Assembly: GCA_013265495.1 (NCBI GenBank)
Contig: MU058198.1
Span: forward strand, 3,856,419 to 3,920,418
Length of the DNA: 64,000 nt
DNA from: Vicugna vicugna
Lineage: Eukaryota
Reading direction: 5' to 3'
Shown piece by piece: positions 51,284 to 63,107 of the stretch (its first letter is position 1; every line of letters starts with the position of its first letter). Below the pieces are notes generated by a model. The model had not been told where the DNA came from, searched no databases, and saw nothing but the letters and a program-made list of their open reading frames with translations. The position numbers and the translations under genes were made by a program.

Positions 51284-51852
51284 CTGGGAGAATAAAAGCA
51301 AACCCACGTTCATCCCTTTTCAGTTTCAGTTCCATTGGGGCAGGGCCAGTGTCTCCTCACTAGCTTGTCCCAAGGTCAGTAATCTGGATATGACATGGAA
51401 CTGTCACAAACGCAGCACGTGGGAGGCAGCAGAGGGTGCTGGCTTAGAGCAAGGGCTCTGGATTCCGGTCAATCTGATACCCTATGAGCGGGGTTGGACC
51501 TGGGCCAAGTTGCTTTACCTCTCATCTCTTGCCTTCCTGATTGTCAAAAATGAAGAGGATGATGCCATCCATCTGGCAGGGTCATGATGATTAAATAAGC
51601 TGATGCACAGTACACTTACCCCAGGGCCAGCCTGTAGTCGTGAAGCCACACATGTGGGTTTTGTTCTGTGACATGCTATGAGCAACGGCCATGGCCAGTT
51701 GCAGCCATGGACCGGACACTGATGCAGACACAGAGAGAATTTGGGATTTAATGCAATTTATTATTTTTTTTCTGGTCCCACTTTGCACTTTTTAAAAAAT
51801 ATTTTTTATTGAAGTATAGTTGATTGGATTTAATGTAATTTTTTGTGTGTGA

Positions 51853-51944
51853 TTTTTTTTTTTTTAAGTGGAGGTATTGGGGATGGAACTCAGGACCTTG
51901 TGCATGCTAAGCATGCTCTCTACCACTGAGCAATACCCACCCCC
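51853..51944 (-). mobile_element. tRNA-Ala-derived SINE
   Basis: Poly-T followed by tggaggtattggggatggaactcaggaccttgtgcatgctaagcatgctctctaccactgagcaataccc. Confidence 0.9.
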
Positions 51945-52007
51945 TTAACGTAAATGGAATTTCTTCAACAGGGAGGTGTCAAGTTTACTCAAAAGGAAAA
52001 TTCTAGT

Positions 52008-52157
52008 GGGGAGGGTATAGCTCAGTGGTAGAGTCCGTGCTTAGCATACATGAGGTCATGGGTTCCATCCCCAGCACTTCCATTAAATTAAATAGATAAA
52101 TAAACCTAATTACTTCTCTCCCAAAACAAACAAACAAAAAGTGTTTAAAAAAAAAAA
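52008..52157 (+). mobile_element. tRNA-Ala-derived SINE, long-tail type
   Basis: ggggagggtatagctcagtggtagag...ccccagcacttcca plus tail aaacctaattacttc...(aaac)n-polyA; degenerate TSD aggaaaattcta / aggagagaattcta. Confidence 0.9.
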
Positions 52158-54899
52158 GACAGGAGAGAATTCTAAGGCATTGACTATCTGCTGTTAGGAA
52201 ATCTTAAATGTAAGGGTTTTTTTTTTTTAACTTCTATTGTAAATAAAAAACTTCAAGAGATTGTGCTATTTGGATGATGCTTATAATTCACAGCTCAAGA
52301 AGAGTGTTTTTACAATTAAAATCATTTTTAGCTCTGCTCGTGTCTGCTGGTCTGCAGATGGGCTGTGGGTCTGAATATGAGCCTTTAATCACACAACAGT
52401 GTAAGTGTTACAGGCGGTCAATTTGAAAGGAACAGTCACCTTTAAGCTAATTTTTAAAACATAAACATATTATTTCTCTTTTCTCAGTCCTTACCCATTC
52501 ACTAGGATTTATCCAAATGCCGAGCAGCTCAAAAAGATCTGATGCGGGGAGCAGAGGCCACGTTTAGAGGTGTAGCTTGAACTGAAGTTTGGTGGATGAC
52601 ACAGCTTACATGGACCTCCTCAAAAGAGAATGATTTTTAACTCACCCCCAGTGGGGTTTTACCAGAGTGCCCATAGTTTCTGTTTGTCTTTCCTCTTCAG
52701 ATGTTCGTACAGAACTGTGACTTCTATTTCACAGCTTGCGAAACTGATTTTAAGTTCTTCCAAGAGGTCCATTGCTTTTCTGACAAAATCTATTTCTCCT
52801 CCCTGGGAAGGTGGGGGTCCTAACCCTCAGCCACAGAATCAGACCAAGGTTAAGGAAGGAATTTACTGAGCACAGGAATGTCCTGCTGGGAATTTTGGAA
52901 TCCCTGACCCAGTCACATGGGGCCAGGGTCACATTCCAGCAGGGTCTCCGGACCACACCCTAATGGGATGGGATTCTGCACATTGATTTTTTTTCTGCTA
53001 TTTCCTTTTTCTCGTGTGTTGTTGGGGAGGCTAGAGCTTAAACCTATAGCAGGTTTAATCATCCACAGGTCCTGTTGAACAGAGACTCCCCCAGTATAGT
53101 ACTGGACTTGGCCAAGCCCTGCTAAGACACTGATGGTGGAATTAACTGGAACAAGCTTCCCTCCCACCCCTAAGACTTAGCCTCATGTAGATTGGGAAGG
53201 AGAAACAGAAGGAAGACAGTCCAACCAATTTCTCCTGAAGCCAAACAAAAACCTTTTTGATCATCGGGAAAAAAATGAATTCATTGTAGACTCCAGCTGA
53301 CTTAGGGAAAAATGGCAGAACACGTTTTGTCTGAGGCCAACACCTGTAGCCCGAGTTTACAGAACTTACTCTTTTCTCATTTGTAGGGTAGAGTTGGGGT
53401 CTGGCCACCAGTTGGCTGCCCGATGGTTCCTGCACCACATGGGAAAGAGCCACATTCTCCCATCTCATCGCCACACATTTCAAATACACACAACCTACAC
53501 AATTCAGGGGCTTCCAACGTTCGGATCACCTCCTTCAGGCATAGTCATACTTTAATCATACTTGGAAATTAAAAAATATGTTTGAGATGCTCGCCTTTAA
53601 TCACCTGAACTCATCCCATTGACTGTTTGAGCAATTCTTATCAAGTACACAATGCAGACAATGGCTTTAATGATTTGTTCAAAGTTCCTAACTAGTGCCT
53701 GAAACCACTCCTAATATTTGTGGGGCCCGGGGCCAAGGTTCATAGGGAAACCCTTAGGTCATTTGTGTAAATATTTAGATGTTATAAATAAAACTATGCC
53801 CATAGCCACGCACATGTGCCCACCCAAGACCCCAAGCCTATTTCCCGGGGATCCCCCCTTGACTTGGGGCTTAAAGAAACCAGGGGCCACCCCCGTCTCC
53901 TGCAAGGCTGGTGGAAGCTGAGGTCTGCAGGGCAGCGCAGGGCAAGCCGGGCCGGGCCAGGGCTCCTGGGCAGTGACTGACCTGCCTGAAACCAGGATGG
54001 GGGCCGACCTAATCACAGTCCTCTGTGGGTCAGGGCGGCCAGGACCCCTCCCCAACACCTCACTTCTCCCATCAAGGTTTCTAGGCAGTTTGAAGACCTT
54101 CCCAAAACTTCACGATCACAGCAGGGACAGTGACTGGGACCCTGGTCTGCCCAGACCTAACCTCAATGTTGGATGACCTGAGGTGGCCCTCCTTAAGCCA
54201 AAGCTAGAACTCTCACCTTCCTCTCTTCATGAAGAGAACCTCACTGCTGGGTGCCCGCAGCCCCTCACCCCAGTTCTCCTCCATCCGTCCTCCCAGGCTA
54301 TCCCCATTGCCACATCCAGCTACCAGCAGAACTTGCAGAAAACTTTTCCCACTAGAACAAAAACAAAACCAAACCCCACCCTACCCCAAACCTAGTCCTG
54401 ACGTTGCGTAAAGAACTCTGAATTCGGCCGGTGAGCATCGCCACACAGTAGCAATAGAAAGGGCTGGAGCTGGACCAGCAGGAAAACACACAACAAACCC
54501 AGGGGCGTAAAGTTCTGAACACTGAGCTTCAAACATCCCTCAGCCACAAGTCAACCAGTGACCGCTCCTGCGACACCACCCCCACCGCTCCTCCGTGTCT
54601 TTAAAGATGCCACCCTTGGCTCGGTGCCTAAGCATGAAGCCTGGGAGTCATTCTCAACACCTCTTCTCTCACATTCCACCGCCAATTCTGTTGGCTTTAC
54701 CTTCAAAATATACCCTGAACCCGACACCTCTCACCACCCGCCCACCACCCCAGTCCAAAGCCACGGTCAGCTCACGCCTGGGTTCTTACAGACCTTTCGA
54801 CCACACCAGCCCCGCCCTCCAAGGGCCCCACCCCTCGCTCCATGCTCTGCATTCACTATCTTGAAACTCTTTTTCTAAAATTTGCCTTTGATGATCATC

Positions 54900-55420
54900 C
54901 TTTATTTTATTTTTATTTCCAGTTTTATTGAGACATAACTGACACACAACACTGTGTGAGTTTGAGATGTGCAGCATAATGACCTGACTTACACACATCA
55001 TGAAGTGATGACCCCAGTAAGTTTAATGACCTTCCTTCATCTCATACAGACACAAACTTAAAGACATAGAAAAAAATGTTTCTCCTTGTGGTGAGAACGC
55101 TTAGAATTTACTCTCTTCACTTTGATACATAACATACAGCAGTGTTAATTAGCTTTCTCATGTCGTACATTACATCCCTAGGACTTAGTTCTCTTATAAG
55201 TGGAAGTTTGTATCTTTTGACCACTTTTGTCGAAGTCCCCTCCCTCCCCCAGGCCCTGCCTCTTGATAACCACAAATCTGATCTCTTTTTCTACGTATTT
55301 GTTTGTTTGTTTTTGAAGTGTAATTGACCTGCAACACTATGTCGGTTCCTGTTACACAACACAGTGATTTGATATTTCTGAACATTTCAAAATGATCACC
55401 ACGCTAAGTCTAGTTACCGT
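54900..55420 (-). mobile_element. L1 3' end, antisense, inserted in a MER91-like element (~54820-55505)
   Basis: ccagttttattgagacataactgacacacaacactgtgtgagtttgag...gtgagaacgcttagaatttactctc. Both flanks carry atcttgaaa, and the right flank continues as antisense MER91 (ttgcattttcattctgcacagggtcctgcaaatta). Confidence 0.75.
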
Positions 55421-55999
55421 GCCATCTTGAAATTCTTAGTAATTTGGGGACAAAAGGACTTGCATTTTCATTCTGCACAGGGTCCTGCAAATTAGGGAGC
55501 AGTTTCTGCCCATCATCTCTATGAGAATGTAAGCCCCCGAAGGACGGGACCTTAGCTCTTTTTACCTCAATGAGCACAGAATTGATCCTACTGATATTCT
55601 GGCCTGGGCATCCCAGGAAAGACTCTTACACTAGTTGGGTCAATACTGAGATCCCATCTGAAGGGCCCTCCCTCCAGAACTTCGGGGCTTCTCTGTGATC
55701 CAGCAGCAGAAGAGTTAACACAGAGCCCTCAGCCAGCATCCCTCTGCTTCAAAAGGCAGTGCCTGCACCCTTGTGGTGGTTAAACATTTCCTCGAGTACC
55801 CCAGGACCCCGCACAGTGCCTGGCGTTTGGTAGATGCCCAATAAATGTTGAATGGATAACCAAACTCATTTGCTTATTCAGTGACTTAAATGGGTATCCA
55901 ATGGGTACTGCCAGACTCAGAACTGTGCAAATGTAGGTGCTGTGGGGGAAAGACTGCATTTCAGTGAGCAGCTCGTGATCTAAAGGGAGGTCCCCGATG

Positions 56000-56485
56000 C
56001 CCAGCTGGCTACATCACTTACAGAGCTCGGTGCTAAATGAAAATCCCAGGCTCCCGGTTCAAAATGCAGGTGAAACAGATTTTCCCTTCTTCTGCCGTCG
56101 CTCTCTCCCTCCAGTCATGGTGTCTTTTATTTACTATGTTACGTCACACTCCCTGCGGCCTAGGAACACTTGCAATTGCCTGGGGCTAGCACTCAACTCT
56201 GATTCTCGCTGTATCCAAGCCCAGACCCCTGCCAGGAGCCAGGGGCGGCAGTAGTTCACTGGTTGGGGAGGGGGGTGGGCAGCTGAGGATCCATCCCAAG
56301 GAGAGGGGAGGGGGGTAGGTGGTGGGATGCCACGTTGCCACGTGAGTCGAGGCTCCGAGCCCCACTCCGGCACGTGCTCCACTGGCCCATCAGACTGACA
56401 CAAAACGCAAAGTCAAAGTTAAATTATTAAGAATTTCAAGATGGTGACTACAGAGCATTAACCCCAAGCACAGAGCCCTGAGCCA
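56000..56485 (+). mobile_element. hAT-Tip100 element (MER45/MER91-related)
   Basis: ggctacatcacttacagagctcggtgctaaatgaaaat...aaattattaagaatttcaagatggtgactacagagcattaaccccaagc. Confidence 0.6.
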
Positions 56486-56630
56486 CCCAGCTGGTCTCCA
56501 CCTCTGTCGGATGCCGGCTCCGTCCTCCTGCTCACGTGCTGTCCTCCAGCCAGGCACCCCCATGCCAGTGGAGGGTGGCTCCTGGGGCCAGCTGGGGTGC
56601 AGGTGGAACCCTCTCTCCTTCTCTCCGCAG

Positions 56631-56771
56631 GGGCTGTGAGGGCCTCCAGTGTCTTCCCCATCCTCAGCGTCACACTGCTCTTTTTCGGCGGGCTCTGCGT
56701 GGCGGCCAGCGAGTTCCACCGCAGCAGACACAATGTTATCCTCAGCGCCGGCATCTTTTTTGTCTCTGCAG
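56631..56771 (+). CDS. CACNG3: CACNG3 coding exon 3 (141 bp, phase 1-1), TM2 and start of TM3
   Basis: Polypyrimidine acceptor ctctctccttctctccgcag|GG and donor GCAG|gtgagc. Translates (R)[46 protein letters not shown](G), in frame with exon 2. Confidence 0.97.
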
Positions 56772-57010
56772 GTGAGCATCTGGCCCGAGCCCCCAGCACT
56801 TTACAGACACCAAACCCAAGCCAGGGCCCCAAGGACAAAGCAATGCTTTTCCTCCAGGGAACAGAGCAAGAAAATGGTCAACTTGTGTGTTAAAAATGAA
56901 AACCAAAGACTTCCATTAGAACTGAAGACCCTGACAGCTGAGGTTGCATGAAGGGAAGATGAGGAGGAGATAGGGTACCTAGGTCAGCTCAGAGAGGGAA
57001 AGACAGAATG

Positions 57011-57078
57011 ATTAATAAGAGAGTGTATGTGTGTGTGTATATATATATTTACACACACACATATACTCTCTTATTAAT
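57011..57078. repeat. Inverted repeat: 29-bp arms with 10-nt spacer
   Basis: 57011-57039 is the reverse complement of 57050-57078 except for one G/T pair. Confidence 0.95.
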
Positions 57079-60000
57079 ATTATATTTACACACAGTGGAT
57101 GGGGGCATGTATGGTCTGTGTAACGTGTGACCTGAGATATGGGGTCAGTGTGTTTTAAAGGGGTCCAATTTTTCCAGCAGCCCCAGAAGCTCTCAGGGAA
57201 GACCTTATTATGAAGAGCATCCCTGACCAGAAGGTGGCACAGGGTGGCAAGGAGGATGAGAGACAGTCTCCGGGAACCAGTCCTATTTCCGCCTCCTCTC
57301 TCCTCCCTTCATCTCCGTCCCTCCTCCGCCCTCCTCATCTTGCTCTGTTTCCTCCGGGTTTCCACTCCTCCATCTCCTTACAATCTCTTCCTACCCCAGC
57401 CCTCAGTTAACGCCATCTGGATGAAATGATTTAGAGACTCAAAAGAACAAGCTGGGGGTGGGAGAGGAGGGAGCTTGACTGGCGATGACCTCCAAACTTT
57501 GACCTATGATGACAGAATATTTACTGGGGTAGAAACAGTGGGGAGGAGTCTGAAATGGCGAGTAAGAGGGGCTTACCCTCCTGGATTTGAATTCTGGGTC
57601 CACCTGCGGGGCCTTGGGAATGTTACCAACTCCCCAAAACTTGGTTTCCTCGATTGTAAAATGGGAATTAATTATAGTACCTATTTCATAGGGTTGTTGG
57701 AAGGAGATTGAACTTGAAAAGCACAATATTATTTTCTAGCAGTGGCAAAGCAACATGATATAGTTCCGACATTGGAAGCCCGGCATCCCGGCCCCCTCCA
57801 AGATCTTGCTTAGCTTTCTTCCTGACTGTGTCCCCTTCTGGGAAAGGGGGAAGGTGGGCTGCATTCAGCTCTGAGTCTCTGGGAACCAACTCGAGCAACA
57901 GACCAGAGAGAAAGCCACTGTCTTCAGTGGTGGATTTTAGTTGGCTCCAAGGGGACAGATGGTAACAACTGGTAAACCCAGGGACTTGCGTTGCTTTAAG
58001 GCACATTCTAGTAGCTGGTGGCCCGTCCAGACCTCCTGGGCTCTGACTGACCCAGAGGATGCTGTGTTGTGCTGACGTGAGGGTTTCCTAAACAGGAGAA
58101 GATCATTATTTTGTCCCCCAAGGGGATTGTTAGGGAAGAGTGTGTCACCAGCAACTTTCTTCTCACAAGGTGCTGTTGTGAGAGATGACAGGTCGATTAG
58201 ATGCGCGGGAACTGGGAAACACGAGGGCGGCAGCAAAGCCCGAGGGGAAGCCAGAAGCTGGGGGTTTAATCTTAGATATCTCCCACCCCTGGTCTCCCTG
58301 AGGACACTGGGAGCCTCAGTGTTTTTACCCATAAAATGAAAGTTTGGGAGGACTCTGCATTCTCTAAGGCTCTTTTTTGCTCAGCTATTTATTCTAAGGT
58401 TCTGTGACTTCAGGCAAGCAATCAACAACCCTTCATTGAGTACCTACTATGTGCCAGGCACCAGGCATTATGCGTATGATCATGGGTGCTGGAAGCAGGC
58501 TGCCTGGTACAAATCTTGACTCTACCACATCCCATCTGGACAACCTGGGTCAAGTCGCTTGGCTACTCTGTGCCTCAGTTTCCTCATCTGCAAAAGAGGG
58601 ATAATAATGACTCTACCCCTTTGCAGCTGTTCAGAGGGTTCAGTGAGCTGGTATATTGAAAGTGCTTAGAACTGGTCTAGCATGCAGTAACGCTCCATGC
58701 ATAGTCATTGCTGTTATATACGCTGTACCATTTAATTCTCACGCGGACTCAATTCAGCAAATAGACACTGTGCTCTTGCCATGGGTCAGGCTTTGGGCAA
58801 AGAGGTGGGTCCATAGCAATGAATAAAACTAGCTTAGGTCTGCCCTCAGGGAGCTTACAGTCTGGTGGCTGGGAGAAAGTGATGGCCCACTTACGTCTTG
58901 TTCTTTCCTTGGCTTTGTGACTGAAATCTAATCCACCCATGGCTAAGAGACAGTCTTGGGTTCAAATCCCACCTCCGCCATTTTCCAGCTGTGTTGACTT
59001 GGGAAGTTAGCTATGTTCTCTGTGTCCCAGTTTCCTCATCTTTAAAAGAGGGGCATTTTTTTTTTTAAAGTGAGCCTATTGCACTGATTAATTGAGAGAG
59101 TGCACATTAAGACTTTACACAGTGCCCGGCACATAATCCATGTCCTAGAAGCAAGTGGCAACTTGGCTTGCTGCCTTCTTTAACCTGGTCTGACATCTGA
59201 GCCTTTCTTTGCACTTCTTTGGTCTTTTTTCCAGCAAAACTTCCTTTCGGGGCTTCTCAGACTTTGCCACCAAAGTTTCCCTGTGGGCAAAGGAGAGTGA
59301 AAACCTGGCCCTGAGGAATCATGGGGCATCACTAGAAGCCGCCTTCAGCGAGCTGAAATGTCTTTGAAGTCTGCCTCCCATCTATACTTAAAAATTCATG
59401 TGAATTCTGCTCTCTCCTCCTTATTATATCCATGTTCATTTTAATATAAAAGACTGTGTCTTCCCTGCTCATCTTCAAGCCAAACTGACACTCCAGAAAG
59501 ACGACCCATTTTTTCAGCCTTTGGTTTCCTGCAGCCTGACACACGGCGGGCTGGGTCAACCCCCATAATAAGAAATAGCTCAGTGATGAGAACTCACTGC
59601 CTGCCTGCTAGATGCCTGCACTGGGTGATGGCGAGAGGAGACAGGGAAGGAGCAGACCCTGGCCCTGCCCTCCAGGGGCTCTAGACTCCTAGATGGAGTA
59701 TGACCGGAGATCATATTCAAAATATGAATTCCCCTTAATGCATGTGCACCAGCCGATCAGAATGGTAGCACTGGAACAGTCTGGTGGCCCTTGCTATGCC
59801 AAGCTTTAACCCTTTGGTTGCTGGACCATGGGGAGATCTTGGGGATTCCCCAGGAAGAGTATGGGGCGTTCAGGGAATGGAGAGGGTACTCAGGAGGCCA
59901 CTGGAGATGGTTATTTACTAACTGATGCTGGGATAGCTTCCCTTTAGAACTACCCTACAGGTGGCCTGAACTCAGAGGCAAGGAGATGCTAGCTACGGTC

Positions 60001-60330
60001 CTAGCCTCCCCAAGTCATTATTGATCTCAAGGCCCAGAGGAGGCTCTTCAAGCAAAGGGACCCCAAGAGACATTCCACCTTTGGAGCAATTAAGTGAGCG
60101 GGCAACCTGCAGGCCCTCAGGTTCTACTGTTTCTTCTTACTACTCCCTAGAGAATCAATCTCTCTCCAGCTGACTGGGCAGCTCTTTCCAGTTGGTATGT
60201 GGGGACACTTAGTCTGCAGACCTTGCCCACTGGGGACAATGGCTTCAGGTTCCCCAGTTCCTGCAGCTCAAACAACAGCTAATCTAAAGCATTGCCATAT
60301 CCTGCGCAGATAAAAAGACTTAGAAGCAGT

Positions 60331-60451
60331 GGGAGGGTATAGTTCAGCGGTGGAGTGGTACTTAGCATGCATAAGGTCCTAGGTTCAATCCCCAATACCT
60401 CCATTAAAAATTTTTTTTAAATTAAAAAAATAGCAAATAAATAAATAAACC
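60331..60451 (+). mobile_element. tRNA-Ala-derived SINE
   Basis: gggagggtatagttcagcggtggag...ggttcaatccccaatacctcca plus tail; degenerate TSD aaaagacttagaagc / aaaagacgtagaatgc. Confidence 0.88.
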
Positions 60452-60519
60452 TCAAAAGACGTAGAATGCTAATTAATGCACCTCCCCCATGGGCTCATTA
60501 GTTCCCCAAATTGTAGCCC

Positions 60520-61000
60520 GAGACTCAAAAATGTCCACTGAACAGCTGCATTCAGACTCTCCATAAGCATGTCCCATTCAATGTATCCACTCTCTCCTCT
60601 TCTCTAAACCTGTTCCCTCTGCTGCCTCTTATTTGAGCTCAAGATGCCACCAACCTCCCCATCATCCAAGCTAGAACTCTTGCTAGCAAGTCATTCTCAA
60701 CTCCCCGGTCAATTCCCTTCCATCGCCCGGCTCAGCCCTAGTCAACGTTCAGCACCCAACTCACATGTCACCTTGTCTTCAGAGCAAGGTGGCTTAGCCG
60801 CTCTCTCTCTCTTTGCTCCTCAGCCATTTTATATGTGTCTCTGGTACAGCCCTTACTGTATTTTGCTATAATTACATTTACATGTCAGTTTCTCCTCCTG
60901 ATGGTGAGGAACTCAAAGGCAGGGATCTGTATCTCGCTCATTTGACCATCCTCGTGACTTAGTGCTGAAGATCAAGCTGTGATGGAACAAACTGCTTATC
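60520..61000 (+). mobile_element. L2 fragment upstream of the last exon
   Basis: tctctaaacctgttccctctg...ccaagctagaactcttg...caaaggcagggatctgtatc. Confidence 0.55.
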
Positions 61001-61275
61001 AGGGAAAATGCACGCATTCTGAGTTCTGCTGCACTTGCCTTAGGAGTAAGGTGTATTCTTTCACTGGAGGCTTCCCCCCGCTGGGGTGCAGCAGCAGAAT
61101 TCTTCATTTCCCAAGAGACAGACTCTCCAAGAAGAGCTCAGCAGTTGGATTTCCTGGCCATAAATCCATTCTCTCCCTGCTACCTCCACATTTTTTTAAT
61201 AACTACTTCAAGCCTAAAAGTGACAGTTACCTCTGAGGCTTATAAAAGATGCATTTTTCTTTCCCCTTCTCTTAG

Positions 61276-61787
61276 GGTTAAGCAACATCATTGGCATCAT
61301 AGTTTATATATCAGCCAATGCTGGAGACCCTGGGCAGCGCGACTCCAAAAAGAGCTACTCCTACGGCTGGTCCTTTTATTTTGGAGCCTTCTCTTTTATC
61401 ATCGCGGAAATTGTAGGAGTAGTCGCCGTGCACATCTACATAGAAAAACATCAGCAGTTGCGTGCCAAATCCCACTCGGAGCTCCTGAAGAAATCTACCT
61501 TTGCTCGCCTTCCACCCTACAGGTATAGATTCCGGAGGCGGTCAAGTTCCCGCTCCACAGAGCCCAGATCCCGAGACCTGTCCCCCATCAGCAAAGGCTT
61601 CCACACCATCCCGTCCACTGACATCTCCATGTTCACCCTCTCCCGGGACCCCTCAAAGATCACCATGGGGACCCTCCTCAACTCCGACCGGGACCACGCT
61701 TTTCTACAGTTCCACAATTCCACGCCCAAAGAGTTCAAAGAGTCGTTGCATAATAATCCGGCCAACAGGCGCACCACGCCCGTCTGA
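61276..61787 (+). CDS. CACNG3: CACNG3 last coding exon (512 bp to TGA): rest of TM3, ECL2, TM4 and cytoplasmic tail with Arg/Ser-rich segment and PDZ ligand -RRTTPV
   Basis: Acceptor tttttctttccccttctcttag|GG. Translates (G)[103 protein letters not shown]...[11 protein letters not shown]. -TTPV is the type I TARP PDZ-binding motif. Confidence 0.98.
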
Positions 61788-62320
61788 ACTGACTTCTGCC
61801 CTCTGCCCTCGGCCCCAGCACAGCCTCGGGGGATGTGGACAGAGGCGTCTCTGAGGTTGCATGGCATGGTCCTCGTGATGGTATTACTTTTTACAAAGAA
61901 TGAAACCAAATGGACTCAGTCCTCTCCCACACTTGGCCCCTCGCCCTCTGTCCAAACTCCTCCATCCTTCCCCAACTTTTCAAGCCAATCCCATGACGTC
62001 GTTTCTCTCTCTGTGTATCTGTGCCAGATGTTTTCCTTTCTTCCTTCTTTACTGGAAGGACCTCCACATTCTTCCCTCCTTGGAAGAGGACTTAAAAGGT
62101 GGCTGGTGGGGGATCCCCGAATCCCCAGGTGTGTGCACAGCTGTTCCCATTGTCCATTCATACGAAGCCTCGGGACACCCACCACCCAGGCAGCCCTGAG
62201 GGAGGCATTCACCTTTCCGTGTTAGAACAACATGACCAGAAATCAAAGATGTCAGAGCCCCGAAGCAGCTAATGTAATAAGCACTCATGTATTAAAGGTT
62301 TTGCCTTGTCGTAACCAAAC
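61788..62320 (+). other. CACNG3: CACNG3 3' UTR (3' end approximate)
   Basis: Repeat-free sequence from the stop codon to about 20 nt past ATTAAA. MIR and MLT repeats resume after ~62570. Confidence 0.7.
62291..62296 (+). terminator. Polyadenylation signal ATTAAA
   Basis: ATTAAA variant hexamer with TGTA elements at 62273 and 62288 and a GT/T-rich stretch at ~62323-62347. Confidence 0.7.
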
Positions 62321-62767
62321 AAGCTGGGCTGTTTGATTTCTTCTGGGTACTTCCTGCACAGACTCACTGCCTGGCCCTCAAACTACCTCACGTCTGCATT
62401 GGAAGCTGAGCTTGCTTTGCTCATCCACACTCGAGCCACTGGGAAGGATCCTCCTTTACCTCTTGAGGCCAGCGAGATACGCCCTCCAATGTCAGAGTCG
62501 GTCTGTCCCCCATCTGAATCCCTGGAAGCTACTGGGGGCCAGTATGTGTCCAAAAACCCAGCTCCGGCACCCAGGAGCTCTGGGACCTTGGGCAAGCCCA
62601 CCTAACCTTCAAGCCTCAGTCTTCCCATCTGTACAATGAAACATGGTACGGTATTCTCCTCCATAGAGCTGTGGGGCTTAAATGAAATGTCATGTGTAAA
62701 ATGACTAGCACATTGTAAATTACAGATAGATATTAATTTTCAGATGAACTCTAGGTAGAGTGAGCAT

Positions 62768-63107
62768 TGTCTTAGTTGGGGCTGCTATAACAAATACTAT
62801 AGATCAGGGTGACTTAAACAACAGACATTTATTTCTCAGTGTTCTGGAGGCCAGAAAGTCCAAGATCCAGGTGCCAGCAGATCTGTTCTGCAGTGAGGGC
62901 TCTCTTCCTGGTTTGCAGACGGCCGCCTTCTCACTGTGTCCTCACATGGCGGAACCACTAACTCCACTACAAGAGCCCCACCTCTGTGATCTCATCTAAC
63001 CCTAATTTCCTCCCAAAGGCTCCATCTACAAATATCGTCACATCGAGGGTTAGGGCTTCAACTTGTGAATCTGGATGGTGGGGAGGAACACCATTCAGTC
63101 CACAGCC
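62768..63107 (-). mobile_element. MaLR solo LTR (MLT1A-like)
   Basis: tgtcttagttggggctgctataacaaatac...ttctggaggccagaaagtccaagatc...gggttagggcttcaac...cattcagtccacagc. Confidence 0.88.

Noticed and set aside
56938..56950. 13-mer CTGAGGTTGCATG repeated at 61851-61863
   Set aside because: Many 13-mer matches are expected by chance in 64 kb. Only the embedded TGCATG is of possible interest.
50781..61787. Assignment to CACNG2, CACNG4 or CACNG8
   Set aside because: Diagnostic residues ([38 protein letters not shown]) and tail length fit gamma-3.
61785..61793. Stop-codon readthrough extending the PDZ tail
   Set aside because: Context is TGA-ACT, not the TGA-CTAG readthrough motif.
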